In this document: piece by piece, positions 60,488-64,000 of the stretch | How the letters are laid out: every line of letters begins with the position of its first letter | Position numbering within the stretch: position 1 is the stretch's first letter | Source of the DNA: Bacteriovoracia bacterium | GTDB taxonomy: Bacteria; Bdellovibrionota; Bacteriovoracia; Bacteriovoracales; Bacteriovoracaceae | Assembly: GCA_046570105.1 (NCBI GenBank) | Contig: JBKHVI010000008.1 | Coordinates: 1-64,000, forward strand | Length of the DNA stretch: 64,000 nt | Direction: 5' to 3' | Translations under genes and position numbers: made by a program | Notes under the pieces: model-generated | The model's database searches: none | Told to the model about the DNA's origin: nothing | Seen by the model: only the letters and a program-made list of their open reading frames with translations

Positions 60488-60522
60488 GCCGGGAGCGAAA
60501 TCTTTACATTCCGCTCCCGCAA
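60488..60522 (-). terminator. Probable terminator of mdh
   Basis: gggagcg/cgctccc stem with T-rich tail on minus strand. Confidence 0.6.
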
Positions 60523-60527
60523 TTATT

Positions 60528-61517
60528 TCAAATCAGGTTCATCGACTTAACTGAATCTCTTTCCGAGCGAAGTTCTTCGAGAGTGGCCTTAAATTTCTCT
60601 TGGCCGAATTCGTTATGCTTAATGCCTTCAATCACTTTCAACTTCCCACCTTCAACACGGCATGGATAAGAGAAAATAAGGCCCTTATCGACGCCATATT
60701 CACCATTAGACGATAGGCACATCGAGAAGCTGTTTCCAGCAGGTGTTTCAGTTGTAAGGCGGCGGATACCATCTACCACAGCATTAGCTGCTGAAGCCGC
60801 TGAGCTGGCCCCACGGGCCTTAATAATGGCAGCTCCGCGCTGCTGAACAGTCTTCAAGAAGTCGCCCTTGAGCCACTCATGATCGCTGATAACTTCAGTT
60901 ACCGGCTTGCCATTAACTTTGGCATTGAAGAAGTCAGGGTACTGAGTCGCCGAGTGGTTACCCCAAATCGTCATATTGCTTACGGCGGTAACAGGGACGC
61001 CAGCTTTTTGCGCGATCTGAGTGACGGCACGATTTTCATCAAGTGAAGTCATCGCAAAGAAGCGATCGGCTGGAACACCTTTAGCGTTGTTCATGGCGAT
61101 CAAGCAGTTAGTGTTACATGGGTTACCAACAACAAACACACGCACATCAGAAGCTGCGCTTTTTTCAATGGCATTACCTTGAGCGGTGAAAATTCCTCCG
61201 TTGATCTTCAAGAGATCAGCGCGCTCCATTCCGTCTTTACGAGGAACTGATCCTACACAGATAACCCAGTTGGCATCTTTGAAAGCCACATTGAGATCTG
61301 AACTCATAACGATGTTGCGAAGAAGTGGGAAAGCACAATCTTCCAATTCCATCGCTACACCTTTCAGTGCAGGCAGAGCTTGTTCAAGCTCTAAGAGTTG
61401 AAGTTCGACTTCAGTTTCAGGTCCAAACATGGCCCCCGAAGCAATACGGAACAAAAGAGCATATCCGATCTGACCAGCGGCACCAGTCACCGCAACTTTG
61501 ACACGTTTTTTAGACAC
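60528..61517 (-). CDS. mdh: Malate dehydrogenase
   Basis: [37 protein letters not shown] before GTG 61517. Confidence 0.96.
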   Translation of the reverse strand: MSKKRVKVAVTGAAGQIGYALLFRIASGAMFGPETEVELQLLELEQALPALKGVAMELEDCAFPLLRNIVMSSDLNVAFKDANWVICVGSVPRKDGMERADLLKINGGIFTAQGNAIEKSAASDVRVFVVGNPCNTNCLIAMNNAKGVPADRFFAMTSLDENRAVTQIAQKAGVPVTAVSNMTIWGNHSATQYPDFFNAKVNGKPVTEVISDHEWLKGDFLKTVQQRGAAIIKARGASSAASAANAVVDGIRRLTTETPAGNSFSMCLSSNGEYGVDKGLIFSYPCRVEGGKLKVIEGIKHNEFGQEKFKATLEELRSERDSVKSMNLI

Positions 61518-61637
61518 AACGAACCTCCAGGATTGTTTCGCTGTCATTATAAAGTATGCGCAGAGCGTAGAGTGAGTCTTTTGTGGCCGCTCTCTCTAGA
61601 CAAAAGGAGCGATGGACGACTAGCATCGTAAGTTCTT

Positions 61638-62231
61638 ATGCGTGATAACTCTCGACGACATAGACGGCCTCGCCGTCCGGGTGGAAATGGCGGCCCTCCG
61701 CAAGGCGGGGGCCAAGGCGCCGCTCAACCCAACCAACAAGCTCGCGCTCCTCAGGGGCCGGGAAATGGTTCAGAGCAACGCAATCAATCCTTTCGCAGGT
61801 CTCGTCGCCGTCGCTCCGGACGCCCCCTCTCACCTGCTCAAGTCGTACAAAAATACTTGAACCTTCTGGAGCAGCATCTTACTAATCGCCGTAAGTACTA
61901 CGAATTTTTTAATCGTGAAGATGGCCGTCATCGTCGCAGATTAGAGAAAAACTTTTTTAATACCATTGAGCAGCTGCGCCGCTTTGAAGAAAAGCTCGAT
62001 GGCCGTCAACGCGAAGCTTTGCAGGCCCACGTCGAACGCTATCGTCTCGACCTTACCTACTCTTCGAACCATCAAATTCCGCCTGTTCCTGAACCGGTAG
62101 AGCGTACGGGTGACTTTGCAGACCCTCATTTCACTCCTGTGCAGGAAGAAGCCTTCAAACTTTGGGCCGATGACAAAGAAGAAAGCAGTGGCACGATTGA
62201 TGATTATCTCGCTTACAAAGCATCAAAATAA
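61638..62231 (+). CDS. Hypothetical protein with Arg/Gly/Gln-rich N-terminus
   Basis: 197 aa ORF ending at a terminator. Confidence 0.75.
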   Translation: MRDNSRRHRRPRRPGGNGGPPQGGGQGAAQPNQQARAPQGPGNGSEQRNQSFRRSRRRRSGRPLSPAQVVQKYLNLLEQHLTNRRKYYEFFNREDGRHRRRLEKNFFNTIEQLRRFEEKLDGRQREALQAHVERYRLDLTYSSNHQIPPVPEPVERTGDFADPHFTPVQEEAFKLWADDKEESSGTIDDYLAYKASK

Positions 62232-62260
62232 AAAAGGCTCCAATCGGAGCCTTTTTTTTT
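62230..62260. terminator. Bidirectional Rho-independent terminator
   Basis: aaaaaaggctcc-aatc-ggagccttttttttt between convergent genes. Confidence 0.9.
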
Positions 62261-62280
62261 ACTTTAAAATATTTTATTAA

Positions 62281-62640
62281 TTAAAGACCGTCAGTACCTG
62301 TGGCTGAGAGCTCATCCATAGAAACTTTCTTGAGATCAAGGGCCTGAGCTTCTTTTTCTTTCTTAGAAGGCTTCTGATTATAGAGATAATTATTCAATGT
62401 CTCTTCTTGGTCTTTCAAGATGGCAGCTTTCAATTCATCAGCAGGAATATCAAGAACCTCAGAGACACGTTTAAGCATCTTGAGAGGGATATTACAGAGA
62501 GCGCGCTCGACGTTCGAGATAAATTGGCCGTTCTTATAGCCTAGCAGATGTGAGAGTTCTGATTGAGAATAACCCTTAGGGTGATTCATGCGACGTGAAC
62601 GAATAAGTAGAGCAATATTTTTAAAGCAACGCATGGCCAC
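62281..62640 (-). CDS. XRE-family HTH transcriptional regulator
   Basis: SQSELSHLLGYKNGQFISNVER. Confidence 0.88.
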   Translation of the reverse strand: MAMRCFKNIALLIRSRRMNHPKGYSQSELSHLLGYKNGQFISNVERALCNIPLKMLKRVSEVLDIPADELKAAILKDQEETLNNYLYNQKPSKKEKEAQALDLKKVSMDELSATGTDGL

Positions 62641-62767
62641 TCCTGGAGATACTTGTCGGGTGATTTGAGATTCTAATCATTTTTTTTGGAATGTCATTCA
62701 CATCTCAAAAAAAATAGTAGCACCATCTTACCCCTGTTATTAAAAAACGTGTGATAGGAAAATTTTT

Positions 62768-63526
62768 ATGAAGCTCATTTCGTGGAACGTCAACGGCATC
62801 AGGTCTGTGCACAAGAAGGGATTTCTTGAATGGTTCACTACGACTTCTCCTGATATCTTATGCCTACAAGAGACTAGGGCCTCTTTAGATCAATTCCCAA
62901 GCGATGTGAAAAACTTCCCAGGTTTTGACGTGCACAGCGCCGAAGCTGACAAGAAAGGTTATTCGGGGGTTGCTACTTTTTCTCGTGAGAAAATTCTTGA
63001 CACCAATTTCTTAGGTTCTAAGAATTTTGACGTCGAAGGACGCACACTTATTCATGATTTAGGACATGCCTTTCTTATTAATTGCTATTTCCCCAATGGC
63101 CAACGTGATCACAATCGCGTGCCCTATAAATTAGATTATTGTCATTATGTTCAGAAAAAGATTCGCACACTTCGTAAAATAAAACCTGTCATTATTACTG
63201 GAGATTTTAATACCGCCCACCACCCGATTGATTTGGCTAATCCCGCCAGTAACAAAAACACCACCGGTTTTCTGCCTAATGAAAGAGCTTGGGTGGATGA
63301 ATTTATTCAAGATGGAATGATCGATATTTATCGGCACCTTCATCCCAAAAAAGTTCAGTACACCTGGTGGAGCAATCGACCTGGTTGTCGTGAGCGTAAT
63401 GTGGGATGGCGTATCGATTATTTCTTTATTTCCGAAGAACTTATGCCAAAAGTGAAAAGTGCCAAAATTCTGGATAATGTTTTGGGCTCAGATCACTGCC
63501 CGATTGAACTTATTTTGAAAGATTAA
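62768..63526 (+). CDS. xth: Exodeoxyribonuclease III
   Basis: SWNVNGIR, LQET, GYSGVA, GDFNTAH, GWRIDY, SDHCP. Confidence 0.96.
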   Translation: MKLISWNVNGIRSVHKKGFLEWFTTTSPDILCLQETRASLDQFPSDVKNFPGFDVHSAEADKKGYSGVATFSREKILDTNFLGSKNFDVEGRTLIHDLGHAFLINCYFPNGQRDHNRVPYKLDYCHYVQKKIRTLRKIKPVIITGDFNTAHHPIDLANPASNKNTTGFLPNERAWVDEFIQDGMIDIYRHLHPKKVQYTWWSNRPGCRERNVGWRIDYFFISEELMPKVKSAKILDNVLGSDHCPIELILKD

Positions 63527-63875
63527 GAAAATAGCGAACACGCTCAATCAGATCATCAAAATCGATAGGCTTCATCAGCACTAAAGCGATGCCTTTGGGA
63601 AGATTTTTTGTTTCATTTCCATCGAAGTGTCCCGAGACAATAATGAAGTGACCTTTGAATTGAAATTTCTCAACCAATTCTTGATAGAGATCAGTCCCCT
63701 TCACCCCGGGCATGCGCGCATCTGAAACGATGACATCAAAGGGAGTCTCTGCATAATACTTAAGCGCCTCTTCAGCATTCAGAGCAGTCTTAATAGCGAT
63801 CTTATGATCGGCAAAATAGATCTCGGCCAATTCCAAGATATCTGGCTCATCATCGATGTAAAGAACTTGCTGCAT
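63510..63875 (-). CDS. Single-domain response regulator
   Basis: IDDE, SDARMP, KP. Confidence 0.9.
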   Translation of the reverse strand: MQQVLYIDDEPDILELAEIYFADHKIAIKTALNAEEALKYYAETPFDVIVSDARMPGVKGTDLYQELVEKFQFKGHFIIVSGHFDGNETKNLPKGIALVLMKPIDFDDLIERVRYFLNLSK

Positions 63876-64000
63876 TACTTCAGCCTCTGCCCTTGGTAAA
63901 AAGTCGCCACGACTTGTTTATCAAAATGAGCTCGATTTTTTGTTTGCCCAATTAATTTTTCCAGCAACACTTCCGCTTTCTCAAACTTCTTAGAGGGTGC
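63875..64000 (-). CDS. 3' end of an unidentified gene (partial)
   Basis: Open frame from window end to a TAA overlapping the response regulator ATG (TAATG). Confidence 0.55.
   Translation of the reverse strand, partial: APSKKFEKAEVLLEKLIGQTKNRAHFDKQVVATFYQGQRLK

Noticed and set aside
62677..62717. T-run/A-run inverted repeat upstream of the XRE gene
   Set aside because: Low-complexity pairing, which cannot be told apart from an AT-rich promoter.
1..64000. rRNA, tRNA, prophage, restriction-modification or other recognisable defence operons
   Set aside because: No diagnostic motifs seen; the many short overlapping ORFs in the track look like shadows of real genes.

Overview
Gene-dense bacterial chromosome segment. 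Gene content, many secreted hydrolases and lipoproteins, and sigma28/sigma54 promoter motifs suggest a predatory Bdellovibrionota (Bacteriovoracia-like) host; this is inference, not a database match. Core genes: sdhCAB, mdh, speD, murD, tgt, queE, serC, xth, DEAD-box helicase, photolyase, kynA plus a kynureninase-like gene, and a TolC+CzcA efflux pair. No rRNA, tRNA or CRISPR array was seen. The most unusual segment is an AT-rich island (about 18.4-20.25 kb). It holds a REP-associated Y1 (HUH) transposase and five copies of a non-canonical 25-34 bp repeat (core AAGGTTCCAACACACTT). The repeats bracket the transposase, an orphan membrane gene and a non-coding interval in a cassette-like way, and one copy overlaps the likely photolyase promoter. 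Other points of note: a compact divergent lipoxygenase-like protein; a ~180 nt intergenic element closed by a perfect 16 bp inverted repeat behind a sigma28-type small ORF; a beta-propeller/cytochrome c fusion; a Cys-rich repeat protein with a sigma54-type promoter; an oomycete-type transglutaminase; a frameshifted CarH-like regulator with degenerate B12 motifs; and several apparently leaderless genes. All calls come from motif recognition by eye; no searches were run.
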